From assembly GCA_035281845.1 (NCBI GenBank), contig DATEVL010000082.1, positions 12,728 to 76,727 on the forward strand: a DNA stretch of 64,000 nucleotides, written 5' to 3'. The notes under the pieces were generated by a model. The model had not been told where the DNA came from and made no database searches. It saw nothing but the letters and a program-made list of their open reading frames with translations. The position numbers were made by a program, and so were the translations under genes. Positions 9,799 to 19,785 of this stretch are shown here, piece after piece (positions within the stretch are counted from its first letter, which is position 1; the number at the start of each line of letters is the position of its first letter). The stretch is from Anaerolineales bacterium (lineage in GTDB: Bacteria; Chloroflexota; Anaerolineae; Anaerolineales; E44-bin32).

Positions 9799-11604
9799 AT
9801 GCAAGCTCGCTTCGCAGATCTTCGCCAACGCTGGCGGACCTCGAATGCAAGGGCGACTCTGCGCAAAGCTGACTTCCGGGCCCTGGTCCCTCGCTACGCT
9901 CCCATCCTGGAATGGTTCCCCAAGTATCCCCGCGCCTGGTTCCGCCTTGACGCGATCGGAGGGCTGACGACCTGGGCCGTCATGATTCCGGCGGCCATGG
10001 CCTATGCCCAGCTGGCGGGGGTCCCGCCGCAATACGGCTTGTACGCCGCTATGGTCGCGATGGCGGTGTATCCCTTGTTTGCCACCAGTCGCCACGTCCG
10101 GATCACCATGAGTTCCACCATGGCGGTCATGTCGGCCTCGATCGTCGCGCCATTGGTGGTTAGCGGCGGAGATCTGCTGTCGCTGACCGCCGCGTTGGCT
10201 CTCGTGGTCGGCGTGCTCTTGGTCATTGCAGGGTTCCTGCGCCTGGGGTTTCTCGGCGACTTTCTATCGAAGCCGGTCATCACCGGATTCCTCTTTGGCC
10301 TGGGGATCAACATCATCGTCGGCCAACTGCCGAAACTCCTGGGGATACCACCTGGTGATGGCAACACGTTCCAGCAGTTCGCCTATGTTCTGCGCAACCT
10401 CCCCCAGACCAACATCTATACCTTGGCCATCGGCGCCGGCGCGGGATTCCTGATCATCCGCCTCCGCCAGCTCGCCCCCCAGGTCCCGGGACCTCTGATC
10501 GCAGTCGTCTATGGGATCCTGCTGGGGAACATTGTCACCCTCAGCACGTTCGGCGTGAGCGTCGTAGGCCTCATCCCCACAGGTCTTCCGAAGATCGGCA
10601 TTCCGACCGTCGCCCCGGGGGACTTGGCCTTTCTCCTGGCCGGGGCCGGCTCGATGGTGTTCCTGGCCCTCGGCGAATCGCTGGCGGCAGGCCGCCTGTA
10701 CGCGACCCGCCACCACTACCGAATCAACGCCGATAATGAGCTGGTGGCGATCGGCATGGCTAACCTCGGCTCGTCACTCGTCGGCGGGGTCACGGTCGAT
10801 GCCAGCATGTCGACGACGGCAACGTCGGAGGCGGCCGGATCGCGGACGCAGGTTTCGGCGCTGGTCACCTCCGGGCTGACCCTGTTGACGGTGCTCTTCC
10901 TGGCCGCGATTCTGCAGAACCTTCCCAACGCGGTGTTGGCGGCGGTCGTGATCAATTCGCTCGTCGGACTGCTCAACCGAGAGGAGATGCGGCGCTTCTA
11001 CCAGTTGAACCGTGTCGACTTCTTCTTGGGACTGATTGCCTTGCTCGGTGTCATCATGACCGACCCGGCCACAGGGTTGATGCTGGCGGTCTTCCTTTCG
11101 TTGGGGATGGTGTTGTTCCGCGCCAGCCGTCCTCGGGTGAGTGCGCTGGGCCGCGCCAAGGATCGGCCGGATGAGTTCGTCGAGCTCGGCCGACGAGCCG
11201 AAATCGAACCGGTCGAAGGCCTTCTGCTCTTCCGGCTGGATGCGGGACTCTTCTACGCCAACGCCAACGAAATAAAGCGCGCCGTTCAGGTGGAGATCGA
11301 GAAGCTCGGGACTCCTCCCGGCGGGATCCTGCTCGACCTGGGTGCCACCGGGTATATCGATCTGACCAGTATCGACATGCTTGAAGAATTGATCCGAGAG
11401 CTCAACCAGGAATCGATCCTGGTCTTCCTGGCGCACGTCCATGGGCACGTGCGTGACCAACTCCGCCAGGCCGGGTTGTTTGGCCAGCTCGGAGCGGAGA
11501 ACATCGTCCCGACTCTGGCGGCAGGAGTCAGGCGATTTGAATACCTCCGGGCTAGACTGGGCCCGGTTGAACATCCGCCCGCATCCGAGAGTGTCCTTTC
11601 CTAG
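9799..11604 (+). CDS. SulP family anion transporter with STAS domain
   Basis: DAIGGLTTWAVMIPAAMAYAQLAG...YGLY, FLSKPVITGF, NELVAIG, STAS (LFYANA, IDLTSIDML). Confidence 0.95.
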   Translation: MQARFADLRQRWRTSNARATLRKADFRALVPRYAPILEWFPKYPRAWFRLDAIGGLTTWAVMIPAAMAYAQLAGVPPQYGLYAAMVAMAVYPLFATSRHVRITMSSTMAVMSASIVAPLVVSGGDLLSLTAALALVVGVLLVIAGFLRLGFLGDFLSKPVITGFLFGLGINIIVGQLPKLLGIPPGDGNTFQQFAYVLRNLPQTNIYTLAIGAGAGFLIIRLRQLAPQVPGPLIAVVYGILLGNIVTLSTFGVSVVGLIPTGLPKIGIPTVAPGDLAFLLAGAGSMVFLALGESLAAGRLYATRHHYRINADNELVAIGMANLGSSLVGGVTVDASMSTTATSEAAGSRTQVSALVTSGLTLLTVLFLAAILQNLPNAVLAAVVINSLVGLLNREEMRRFYQLNRVDFFLGLIALLGVIMTDPATGLMLAVFLSLGMVLFRASRPRVSALGRAKDRPDEFVELGRRAEIEPVEGLLLFRLDAGLFYANANEIKRAVQVEIEKLGTPPGGILLDLGATGYIDLTSIDMLEELIRELNQESILVFLAHVHGHVRDQLRQAGLFGQLGAENIVPTLAAGVRRFEYLRARLGPVEHPPASESVLS

Positions 11605-11638
11605 AGGATGCCCAACGAGAAGAAACAAGGAGATTGAA

Positions 11639-12865
11639 ATGGCCATACGAACCGCCGCTCTGCCACCCCCCGACGCCACACCGTGGTCGCCCTTCCGTCG
11701 TCACCTGGGCGCGGTCATCTTTATCCTGGGGCTTCTTGCGGTCCTGGTCTTCATCAGCGCGGCCCGTCAGACCCTGATGATGGGTTTCCTGTTGGCGTTC
11801 CTTCTCTACCGCCCGGTTCGCTGGGCAAGCCGGCGCTTGCGCTACAGCGGCGCAGTGGCGCTCTTCCATCTAGTGCTTTTCGTGTTGCTGGTCCTCCTTG
11901 TTGTTGGTGCGCTGGGTTGGCTCTCGGGATCTGCGGCTGGTCTTCAGCAACAGCTGTCGACGAACCTTTCCAGCAGCCCGTTGCAGCCCGTTCTGGCCCG
12001 CCTTGAGACATCGGGCTCGGTGACGGCTGTCGGCGGTGCCATCACGGGCCTGATCGCGTCGATCGCCGGGCTCGTTGGAGTAGCGTTCGTCGCCATTATC
12101 TTGTCGTTCTGGCTGCTCAACGACATGTGGAGCCGGCGCGGGGCTTTGAGGCGTTCTTTGGTGGGAGATGGGGTCCGTCAGGTGAGCGTGCTGCTCCGCC
12201 GGCTCGACCAAATCTGGATCGGGTACCTGACGGCCGAGATCATCTTTGGGCTCATCATGACCGTCGCCTCCCTGGTCGAGTTTTGGCTCCTCGGCGTGCC
12301 TTTCTTCATCCTGATGGCGGTCCTGACCGGGCTTCTGACGCTGATCCCGAGTATCGGCGGTCTGATCGCCAGCCTCGTCGTCGCCATCCCTTGTCTGGTC
12401 TTGGGGTCGACGCGGTTCCCGGACATGGACCCGGTGGCCTTCACCATCCTGGTGACGGCGGTCAATGTCATCACCACCCAGGTGTCTTACAATCTCATCG
12501 CGGTACCGATCATCGGTCGGTTCGTGCGCTTGCCGGCTTCGGTCGTTCTGATTTCGGTGCTGGTGCCCGTGATCATGGGGGACTTCTTGCTGGCGTTCCT
12601 GATCGTCCCGATCTTGAGCAGCCTGAGCATCGCCGGCGGATACCTGATGGCGAAGTCCACCGGCAGGGACCCGTATCCGGAAGAGCTGGCGCCGGCGGTT
12701 CCCGAGGAAGGCCTCTTCGGGCAGCTCATCGCTGCGCCGCCTGTAATGGCCGCAACTTCAAGCACGCCTGTCCCTGGGACGAAAGGCGCGGCGGCCCCGA
12801 AGCAGCCTGCGAGCCGAGGCCGTCGGCCAACGACGAAGGCCCGAGCCCGTAGGAAGGCGCGTTGA
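11639..12865 (+). CDS. AI-2E family transporter
   Basis: LAFLLYRPV, IWIGYL, LLTLIPSIGG, PIIGRFVRLP. AAGGAG RBS before ATG 11639. Confidence 0.85.
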   Translation: MAIRTAALPPPDATPWSPFRRHLGAVIFILGLLAVLVFISAARQTLMMGFLLAFLLYRPVRWASRRLRYSGAVALFHLVLFVLLVLLVVGALGWLSGSAAGLQQQLSTNLSSSPLQPVLARLETSGSVTAVGGAITGLIASIAGLVGVAFVAIILSFWLLNDMWSRRGALRRSLVGDGVRQVSVLLRRLDQIWIGYLTAEIIFGLIMTVASLVEFWLLGVPFFILMAVLTGLLTLIPSIGGLIASLVVAIPCLVLGSTRFPDMDPVAFTILVTAVNVITTQVSYNLIAVPIIGRFVRLPASVVLISVLVPVIMGDFLLAFLIVPILSSLSIAGGYLMAKSTGRDPYPEELAPAVPEEGLFGQLIAAPPVMAATSSTPVPGTKGAAAPKQPASRGRRPTTKARARRKAR

Positions 12866-12879
12866 GGTGAGGGGCGCGG

Positions 12880-13227
12880 AGGGCGCCGCGTCGGCGGGAA
12901 TCCAGGACGGCATGATGTAGGCTGAACTCCTTCTTCGCCGGGGGACGACAAGGGAGGGGCATTCCCGCGGAAGCGGGAATCCAGTAGAACATGTCAAAGC
13001 CTGGACCCCGCTTCCCCTCCGGGATGCGCCCTCACCCCTTCGGGTGCGCCGAAGGGCGTGGCGCCCTGCCCCCTGGGGGCGCCCGCCCTTGGCGCCCTGT
13101 AGAGAGCGAAGGGGCGTAGAGGGCGAAGCGCGATGCGCGGAGGTGACAACATGCGAAGGTCATTCCCGCAGATGCGGGAATCCAGGGAAGATCCAGATCC
13201 CTGGACCCCTGCTTTCGCAGGGGTGAC
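12880..13227. repeat. Cluster of three GTCATTCCCGC-type palindromic elements, the middle one with nested inserts
   Basis: Degenerate copy at about 12880-12949. 12958-13147 is ATTCCCGCGGAAGCGGGAATCCAG...CTGGACCCCGC[insert]CGCGGAGGTGAC. 13159-13227 is GTCATTCCCGCAGATGCGGGAATCCAG...CTGGACCCCTGCTTTCGCAGGGGTGAC. Confidence 0.9.
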
Positions 13228-13258
13228 CCTATCGGAGGACCTGGAGAACTCGTAAGCT

Positions 13259-14983
13259 TTGACCAACGAAGAGATCGCACATGTGTTTGAGGCGATCGCC
13301 GATCTGCTCGAGATCAAAGGCGAATCGATCTACCGCGTCATCTCCTACCGCCGCGCGGCGGAAAGCATCCGCGCCCAGGGGCGGCGCCTGGAGGACTTGC
13401 AGCGAGAGGGACGTCTCAAAGAGATTCCCGGAGTAGGGGAGGCGATCGCCGCCAAGATCGACGAGCTGCTGACAACGGGAAAGATGGACTTCTACGAGCG
13501 GCTGGCCGACGAAGTGCCGCCCGGGTTGATCGACGTCTTGAGGATCAGCGGGGTCGGACCGAAGAAGGCGGCTCGCTTCTGGAAGGAGTTGGGGGTCACC
13601 ACCGTCCCTGAGCTCGAGGCGGCGGCCCGCGCCGGGAAGCTGCGCGAACTTCCCGGGATGGGGGCGCGCTCGGAAACGGCGATCCTCGAGAGCATCGAGC
13701 GCATGGCGCGCCGCCAGGAGGGGCGCATCGGCATCGGCATCGCCCGGCCCATCGCCGAGCGGCTGGCGGAGAAGTTGCGCCACCTCCCGGGAGTTGAGGT
13801 GGCGGAGCCAGCCGGCAGCGTCCGCCGCTGGCGGGAGACCGTTGGGGATCTCGACCTGCTGGTCGCCGCCGTCTCGCCGGAAGAAGTCTTGCGGTCCTTC
13901 GTCGCCTTTGACGAAGTGGAGCGCGTGCTGGGGCAGGGAGATACCAAGGCCAGCGTTGAGGTCGTCGGGGGGCTGCGGGTCCAACTTTGGGTCCATCCAC
14001 CGGACCGTTTCGGATCCGCTCTCCAATATGCGACGGGTTCTCAGGCTCATAATGTCGGCCTGCGCGAACGAGCCCTGGAACGCGGTCTCTCCCTCTCGGA
14101 GCACGGATTGAAACGCAGCGAAGGCGGTGAAATCCTATGCGCTCGTGAGGAAGATGTTTACCGCGCGCTGGGCCTGCCTTGGATCCCGCCCGAGCTGCGA
14201 GAGAATCTGGGTGAGATCGAGGCCGCCGACGCCGCCTCCCTTCCGACGCTGGTCGGCGAGAGTGATCTGCAGGGCGATTTGCATGCGCATACGGACTGGA
14301 GTGACGGCCGGGCGACCGTCGAGGCGATGGCCGAGGCGGCTCGAGAACTTGGGTCGTCCTATCTGGCGATCACCGACCATTCGCCCAGTCTAGGCGCCTT
14401 GAACGGACTGAGTGTGGCCCGGCTGCGTCAGCAACGGCAAGAGATCGACCGGGTCCAGAAACGAATCGGCGGCTCGTTGAAGCTGCTGCAGGGGGCCGAA
14501 GTCGAGATCCTGGCGGATGGCCATCTCGACTATGAGGACGAGGTCCTGGCCGAGCTGGACCTGGTGATCGCCTCGCTCCATGTCTCGCTGCGTCAGCCCC
14601 AAGCACAGATCACGGAGCGGCTGATGGGCGCGATCCGCAATCCCCATGTCGACATGATCGGACATCCCACCGGCCGTTTGCTTGGTTCGCGGGCGGCGTC
14701 CGACGTCGACCTGGAATCGGTCTTCTCCGCAGCGGCAGATCACGGAGTCGTATTGGAGATCAACGCCCAACCCGACCGGCTAGATCTGAATGACGCCTAC
14801 GCTCGGAGGGCGTGGCAGGTGGGATGCCTGCTCGCCATCAACACCGACGCCCACCGTCCCGACGAATTTCGGCTGAGGCGCTACGGCGTCGGGATGGCGC
14901 GCCGGGGTTGGCTCCCGGGGCTGGCCGTGCTGAACACTCGCTCGGCCGACGAGGTCGTCGGCTGGCTGCGCGGGCGCGGCTGA
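13259..14983 (+). CDS. polX: DNA polymerase/3'-5' exonuclease PolX
   Basis: NEEIA..FE.IADLLEIKGE, HhH IPGVG, GSVRRWRETVGDLD, ATGSQAHN, C-terminal PHP (DLHAHT, TDHS, NTDAH). Confidence 0.97.
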   Translation: MTNEEIAHVFEAIADLLEIKGESIYRVISYRRAAESIRAQGRRLEDLQREGRLKEIPGVGEAIAAKIDELLTTGKMDFYERLADEVPPGLIDVLRISGVGPKKAARFWKELGVTTVPELEAAARAGKLRELPGMGARSETAILESIERMARRQEGRIGIGIARPIAERLAEKLRHLPGVEVAEPAGSVRRWRETVGDLDLLVAAVSPEEVLRSFVAFDEVERVLGQGDTKASVEVVGGLRVQLWVHPPDRFGSALQYATGSQAHNVGLRERALERGLSLSEHGLKRSEGGEILCAREEDVYRALGLPWIPPELRENLGEIEAADAASLPTLVGESDLQGDLHAHTDWSDGRATVEAMAEAARELGSSYLAITDHSPSLGALNGLSVARLRQQRQEIDRVQKRIGGSLKLLQGAEVEILADGHLDYEDEVLAELDLVIASLHVSLRQPQAQITERLMGAIRNPHVDMIGHPTGRLLGSRAASDVDLESVFSAAADHGVVLEINAQPDRLDLNDAYARRAWQVGCLLAINTDAHRPDEFRLRRYGVGMARRGWLPGLAVLNTRSADEVVGWLRGRG

Positions 14984-15080
14984 CCGCATTCACCGGACGC
15001 GACCTCCGAGGGCCGGCAGGGTTATCCTCGGCAGACACCTCGCCTCTGCACCCGCTCCCTGCCCAACCCGAGGAGGGTCC

Positions 15081-15929
15081 GTGGCCCAAATTGCGCTTGT
15101 CACCGATTCAACCTGCGTCATCCCGGCCGAGCTCCTGACCCGTTACCAAATTCACGTCGCACCGCAAGTTGTCATCTGGGATGGTCAGACTCTGGAGGAT
15201 GGGGTCGACATATCACCCGAGCAGTTCTACACGCGGCTGAAGGCTTCCCCGACCATGCCGACGACCTCCCAGGCGACGGTGCCTACCTTTCAGAAGATCT
15301 TCCAGCCGCTCGTCGCCGCCGGCCGTCCGATCGTGGCGGTGCTGGTTTCCACCAAACTGTCCGGGACGATCCAATCCGCGGAGCAGGCGAAGCAGGACTT
15401 TCCGGCCGCGCAAATCGAGATCGTCGACTCGAAGCACGCCGGGATGTCGCTCGGCTTCCAAGTGCTGCAGACGGCCCGGCAGATCGAGTCCGGGAAATCC
15501 TTCGCCGATGTGGCCGACTATGCCCGCAAGGTGGAGCAGCACACCGGCCTGATGTTCGCCGTCGACACCCTGGAATTTCTGCACCGAGGTGGGCGGATCG
15601 GCGGCGCGGCGCGGCTGCTGGGGACGGCGCTCAACATGAAGCCGTTGTTGCACCTGGAGGGCGGAAGGATTGAACCCCTCGAGCGAGTTCGCACGAAGGC
15701 CAAGGCGCATGCCCGCATGCTCGACGTGCTCGGTGAGAAGCTGAAGGGCCACAGCCAGGTCCGTCTCGCCGCGATGCATGCCGATGCCGAAGCCGACGCG
15801 GTCGCCGTGCTGGAGCAGGCCAAGGCGAGATTCTCGCCGGTCGAGACCATGGTGTCGTGGGCCAGTCCTGCGATCGGCGCCCACACCGGGCCGGGAATCG
15901 TGGGTTTGGCCTGGTGCGTCGACCTCTGA
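15081..15929 (+). CDS. DegV family fatty-acid-binding protein
   Basis: IALVTDST, PTTSQ, SKLSGT-like motif, VDTLEFLHRGGRIG, KPLL, AHTGPG. Confidence 0.95.
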   Translation: MAQIALVTDSTCVIPAELLTRYQIHVAPQVVIWDGQTLEDGVDISPEQFYTRLKASPTMPTTSQATVPTFQKIFQPLVAAGRPIVAVLVSTKLSGTIQSAEQAKQDFPAAQIEIVDSKHAGMSLGFQVLQTARQIESGKSFADVADYARKVEQHTGLMFAVDTLEFLHRGGRIGGAARLLGTALNMKPLLHLEGGRIEPLERVRTKAKAHARMLDVLGEKLKGHSQVRLAAMHADAEADAVAVLEQAKARFSPVETMVSWASPAIGAHTGPGIVGLAWCVDL

Positions 15930-15933
15930 GACA

Positions 15934-16115
15934 AGTGGTCAGTGGCGAGTGGTCAGTGGTCAGACCTTGCCGGGAGTGGGGCCGGACATTCATGCCCCAT
16001 GCGCCCGCTCATCAGAAACCAGCCAAACCCCGATCAAGATAGGGAGATTCTCCACCTGGACGCATGCCTACTGACCACCAACCACCGACCACTGACCACT
16101 GGCCACTGGCCACTG
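15934..16115. repeat. Inverted pair of heptamer arrays (GTGGTCA)n ... (CTGACCA)n
   Basis: 15934-15961 and 16071-16114 are complementary 7-mer arrays around about 105 nt of unique sequence. Confidence 0.85.
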
Positions 16116-16242
16116 ATGGTAGAATCGCCGCCTTGGGCCGAACCCGCATGAACGGCTGCCAACCGAGAAGTGAAACGGGCGCGGCGTCGCACCGCCGCCG
16201 CCGACCCGCGCCGACTGCGGCGCCTTCGGAGGTCGGAACGAC

Positions 16243-17238
16243 GTGAAAGAACGGACCCTCTTCCTCTCGGCCATCGTTGCCATTGTCCTGGTCGCCCTCG
16301 GCTTCCTGGTAGCGAGCCAGGCCAATCTAATGCCGCCGGAGGCTTCGACTCGGGCCGTCGAGGTCGATCAGCTTTTCCGAGTCCTGCTCGGGGTTTCAAC
16401 GGTCATCTTCTTCCTGGTGGAAGGCGCCCTGGTCTTCGCCGTCCTCCGCTTCCGCAAGCGGGCGGGCGACGACAGGGATGGCCCGCCGATCCATGGCAAC
16501 ACTTCGCTCGAGATTCTGTGGACGTTGATCCCGACGGCGATCGTCGTCGTGATCGGCGTCTATTCGTTTCAAGTGCTGATGTCGATCGAGAATCCGGGCC
16601 GCAGCCCGCGCATCGTCGAGATCATCGGCCGTCAGTTCGCCTGGAGCTTTCGCTACCCAGACCAGGATCTCGCCACCAGCGAGCTGCACTTGCCGGTAGG
16701 ACAGTCCGTCGTCTTCCAGATTACCTCCGAGGACGTGATCCACTCGTTCTGGGTGCCGGCGTTCCGCGGCAAACGGGATGCCACCCCCGGACAGGTATCG
16801 GAGATGACGATCACGCCCAGGGAGATCGGAGTCTTTCCCATCCGGTGCGCCGAGTTGTGCGGCGCCGGACATTCGATCATGACCTCGCAAGTCGTCGTCG
16901 AATCGCAGGATGCGTTCGACGGATGGTTGGCGCAGCAACAGGCGCTGGCCAATGATCCAGGGCAGCTGTTCCTGACCATGGGCTGCGGCGGGTGCCACAT
17001 CTTGGCCGCCGCCGGCAGCACGGGGACCGTCGGGCCGCCCCTCGACGGCCTGGCCGCCAGGGCCGGCGGGCGAGCCCCCAGCGAGGACGCGGCGCCGTAC
17101 GTCGAGGAATCCATCCTGGAGCCGGACAGCTTCGTCGCCCCGGGTTTCCAGCCCGGCCTGATGCCGAAGAATTTCGGCCAACGCCTTACCCCGGAGCAGC
17201 TCCAGGCCCTGGTGGCCTTCCTGCTCGCCCAGCCTTAA
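16243..17238 (+). CDS. coxB: Cytochrome c oxidase subunit II with fused cytochrome c (caa3-like)
   Basis: HGNTSLEILWTLIP, CuA ligands DVIHSFW and CAELCGAGHSIM, C-terminal CGGCH heme c site and distal MP. Confidence 0.96.
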   Translation: MKERTLFLSAIVAIVLVALGFLVASQANLMPPEASTRAVEVDQLFRVLLGVSTVIFFLVEGALVFAVLRFRKRAGDDRDGPPIHGNTSLEILWTLIPTAIVVVIGVYSFQVLMSIENPGRSPRIVEIIGRQFAWSFRYPDQDLATSELHLPVGQSVVFQITSEDVIHSFWVPAFRGKRDATPGQVSEMTITPREIGVFPIRCAELCGAGHSIMTSQVVVESQDAFDGWLAQQQALANDPGQLFLTMGCGGCHILAAAGSTGTVGPPLDGLAARAGGRAPSEDAAPYVEESILEPDSFVAPGFQPGLMPKNFGQRLTPEQLQALVAFLLAQP

Positions 17239-17266
17239 GGGCCTAGGTTCGAAGGAGACCGAACGC

Positions 17267-18880
17267 ATGACGACCTATCCTGCAACCGGCACCTGGCGGC
17301 GATACTTCAGCTGGAACACCGATCACAAGGTCATCGGGATCCAATACATCGTCACCAGCTTCGTCTTCTTCATCCTGGCCGGGATGCTGGCAATGCTGAT
17401 GCGGGCCGAGCTGAGAGCCCCGGGCTCGGATTTGCTCAACGCCGAGACCTACAACCAGGTCATGACGAACCATGGATCCCTGATGATCTTCCTGTGGATC
17501 CTGCCGGTGGTCGCCGGCTTCGGCAACTACCTGATCCCGCTCATGATCGGCGCGCGCGACATGGCCTTCCCCCGCTTGAATGCGCTGTCCTATTGGCTCA
17601 TCCCACCGGCCGGCTTGATCATGCTGGCCAGCTTTTTCGTCGGGGGAGCCGAGGCAGGCTGGACGGCTTATGTGCCGCTGTCGATCGGAGGTCCGCCCGG
17701 CCAGACGTTGTGGGCGGTGAGCGTGATGATCCTCGGGATCTCCGCCATCATGGGGGCGATCAACTTTGTAACCACCGTGATCACGATGCGGGCTCCCGGC
17801 ATGACGTTTGGTCGCTTGCCCCTCTTCGTGTGGGGGATGATGGCGACGTCTCTCCTGGTGCTGTCGGCGACTCCGGTGCTGACGGCCGGCTTGGTACTGG
17901 TCGCGCTGGACCGGGTGGTTGGAACCCAGTTCTTCACTGTCGCCAGTGGGGGCGATCCGATCCTCTGGCAGAACCTGTTCTGGTTCTACTCCCACCCGGC
18001 GGTTTACATCATGATTCTGCCGGCCATGGGGATCGTCTCCGAGATCTTCCCCGTTTTCGCCCGCAAACCGATCTTCGGCTATCGCATGATCGCTCTCTCG
18101 AGCATGGCCATCGCCGTGCTCGGGCTGACGGTTTGGGCGCACCACATGTTCGCCAGCGGCATGGACCCGCGCCTGCGGGTGCCTTATATGGTCAGTTCGA
18201 TGGTCATCGCGGTGCCGACCGGGATCAAGATCTTCTCGTGGCTGGCGACGATCTGGTACGGCAAGCTCCGTCTGACCACCCCGATGCTGTTCGCCCTGGG
18301 CTTCATCTCGATGTTCCTGATCGGTGGGTTGACCGGGATCTTCCTGGCGGCCATCCCGGTCGACTTGCATGTCACCGACACCTACTTCGTGGTGGCTCAT
18401 CTACACTTCGTGCTCTTCGGGGGGAGCGTCTCGGCGGTCTACGCCGGACTGTATTATTGGTTCCCCAAGATCACCGGCAGGATGTACGACGAGAAGACCG
18501 GCCGGGTGCACTTCGTCGCCAACTTCGTCGGCACCAACCTGGCTTACCTCCCGATGTTCGCGGCGGGACTGATGGGGATGCCGCGCCGGGTAGCCGATTA
18601 CGACCCGTCGTTCACCTCGTACAACCAGATGGCGACGTTGGGCGGCCTGATCCTGGCCCTCTCGACCTTGCCCTTCCTCTACAACGCTATCGTGAGTTGG
18701 GCCCGCGGTCCGAAAGCGGCGGCCAACCCGTGGTCGGCCCTCACCCTGGAGTGGCAGACATCTTCGCCGCCGCCGACCGAGAACTTCGCCGAAATCCCGG
18801 TCGTGACGACGGACCCCTATGCTTACGGCGAAGAGTCGAGCCTCACCGCCGAGCCGGCCGCGGCGCCGGCCGCCGGCTAG
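17267..18880 (+). CDS. coxA: Cytochrome c oxidase subunit I, A2 type
   Basis: TDHKVIG, HG, DMAFPRLN, FWFYSHPAVY (YS motif of the A2 class), WAHHMF, VVAHLHFV, GMPRR. Confidence 0.98.
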   Translation: MTTYPATGTWRRYFSWNTDHKVIGIQYIVTSFVFFILAGMLAMLMRAELRAPGSDLLNAETYNQVMTNHGSLMIFLWILPVVAGFGNYLIPLMIGARDMAFPRLNALSYWLIPPAGLIMLASFFVGGAEAGWTAYVPLSIGGPPGQTLWAVSVMILGISAIMGAINFVTTVITMRAPGMTFGRLPLFVWGMMATSLLVLSATPVLTAGLVLVALDRVVGTQFFTVASGGDPILWQNLFWFYSHPAVYIMILPAMGIVSEIFPVFARKPIFGYRMIALSSMAIAVLGLTVWAHHMFASGMDPRLRVPYMVSSMVIAVPTGIKIFSWLATIWYGKLRLTTPMLFALGFISMFLIGGLTGIFLAAIPVDLHVTDTYFVVAHLHFVLFGGSVSAVYAGLYYWFPKITGRMYDEKTGRVHFVANFVGTNLAYLPMFAAGLMGMPRRVADYDPSFTSYNQMATLGGLILALSTLPFLYNAIVSWARGPKAAANPWSALTLEWQTSSPPPTENFAEIPVVTTDPYAYGEESSLTAEPAAAPAAG

Positions 18881-18898
18881 GCGCTTGGAGGCAAGGGT

Positions 18899-19495
18899 AT
18901 GAGTCAGCAAGCCATGACGCACGCCGAGGATTACAGCGCCGGGCTGGCGCTGGGCGTCGATCACCGCAAGATCGGGATGTGGTTGTTCATCGCGTCGGAG
19001 GTCATGTTCTTCGGCGGGTTGATCGCCACCTACCTTCACTATAAGTACACGTTGGGCTTCCCCGAGGCCTCCCGCCTCAACATCGTCGCCGTCGGGGTCA
19101 ATACGACGATCCTGCTGACGTCCAGTCTGGCCGTCGTCATGGCTCTGTCTTCGATTCGGGCGGGGCGATCGGGGCGCATGTCGGTCTTCCTTCTGCTGAC
19201 GATCCTCTTGGGCGCCACGTTCCTGACGGGCCAGGCGCTCGAGTTCTCCCACCTGTACGGCGAAGGAGTCACTCTCACCGGCAGCGTCTTTGGTTCGTCT
19301 TTCTTCACGCTGACCGGTTTCCACGGGCTGCACGTGCTGGCCGGCGTGGTCTGGGCGATCGTCGTCCTGGTGCGCGGCCTGCGACGCGCCTTCTCGGCGG
19401 AACGGAACATGGGGGTGGAAGTCTTCGGCTTGTACTGGCACTTCGTCGATATCGTCTGGATCATGCTCTTCACGCTGATCTACTTGATCCCCTAG
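18899..19495 (+). CDS. coxC: Cytochrome c oxidase subunit III
   Basis: GMWLFIASEVMFF, NTTILLTSS, FFTLTGFHGLHV, YWHFVDIVW. Confidence 0.96.
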   Translation: MSQQAMTHAEDYSAGLALGVDHRKIGMWLFIASEVMFFGGLIATYLHYKYTLGFPEASRLNIVAVGVNTTILLTSSLAVVMALSSIRAGRSGRMSVFLLLTILLGATFLTGQALEFSHLYGEGVTLTGSVFGSSFFTLTGFHGLHVLAGVVWAIVVLVRGLRRAFSAERNMGVEVFGLYWHFVDIVWIMLFTLIYLIP

Positions 19496-19505
19496 GAGGC
19501 CCGGG

Positions 19506-19784
19506 ATGCAAGTTCCTTCCGCTCAGCCCGCCCGCCGTTGGCCGTTGTACCTGGGCGTCTTTCTGGTCCTGATCCTGCTGACGGTCATCGAGATCATGGT
19601 GGCCGGAAGTGGGGTTACACCGCCAGCTCTGAACGTCATCCTCCTGGCTCTTTCCTTCTCCAAGGCAGGACTCGTCGCCGCCTTCTACATGCACCTGCGG
19701 GGCGACCATCGGCTGTACACTGCCATCTTCGTCCTGCCAGTCCTCTTGCTGATGGTCTTCGCCGTTCTGAGCGTCTTGATCTGA
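19506..19784 (+). CDS. Cytochrome c oxidase subunit IV
   Basis: LLTVIE, KAGLVAAFYMHLR, 3 TM segments, operon position. Confidence 0.9.
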   Translation: MQVPSAQPARRWPLYLGVFLVLILLTVIEIMVAGSGVTPPALNVILLALSFSKAGLVAAFYMHLRGDHRLYTAIFVLPVLLLMVFAVLSVLI

Positions 19785-19785
19785 G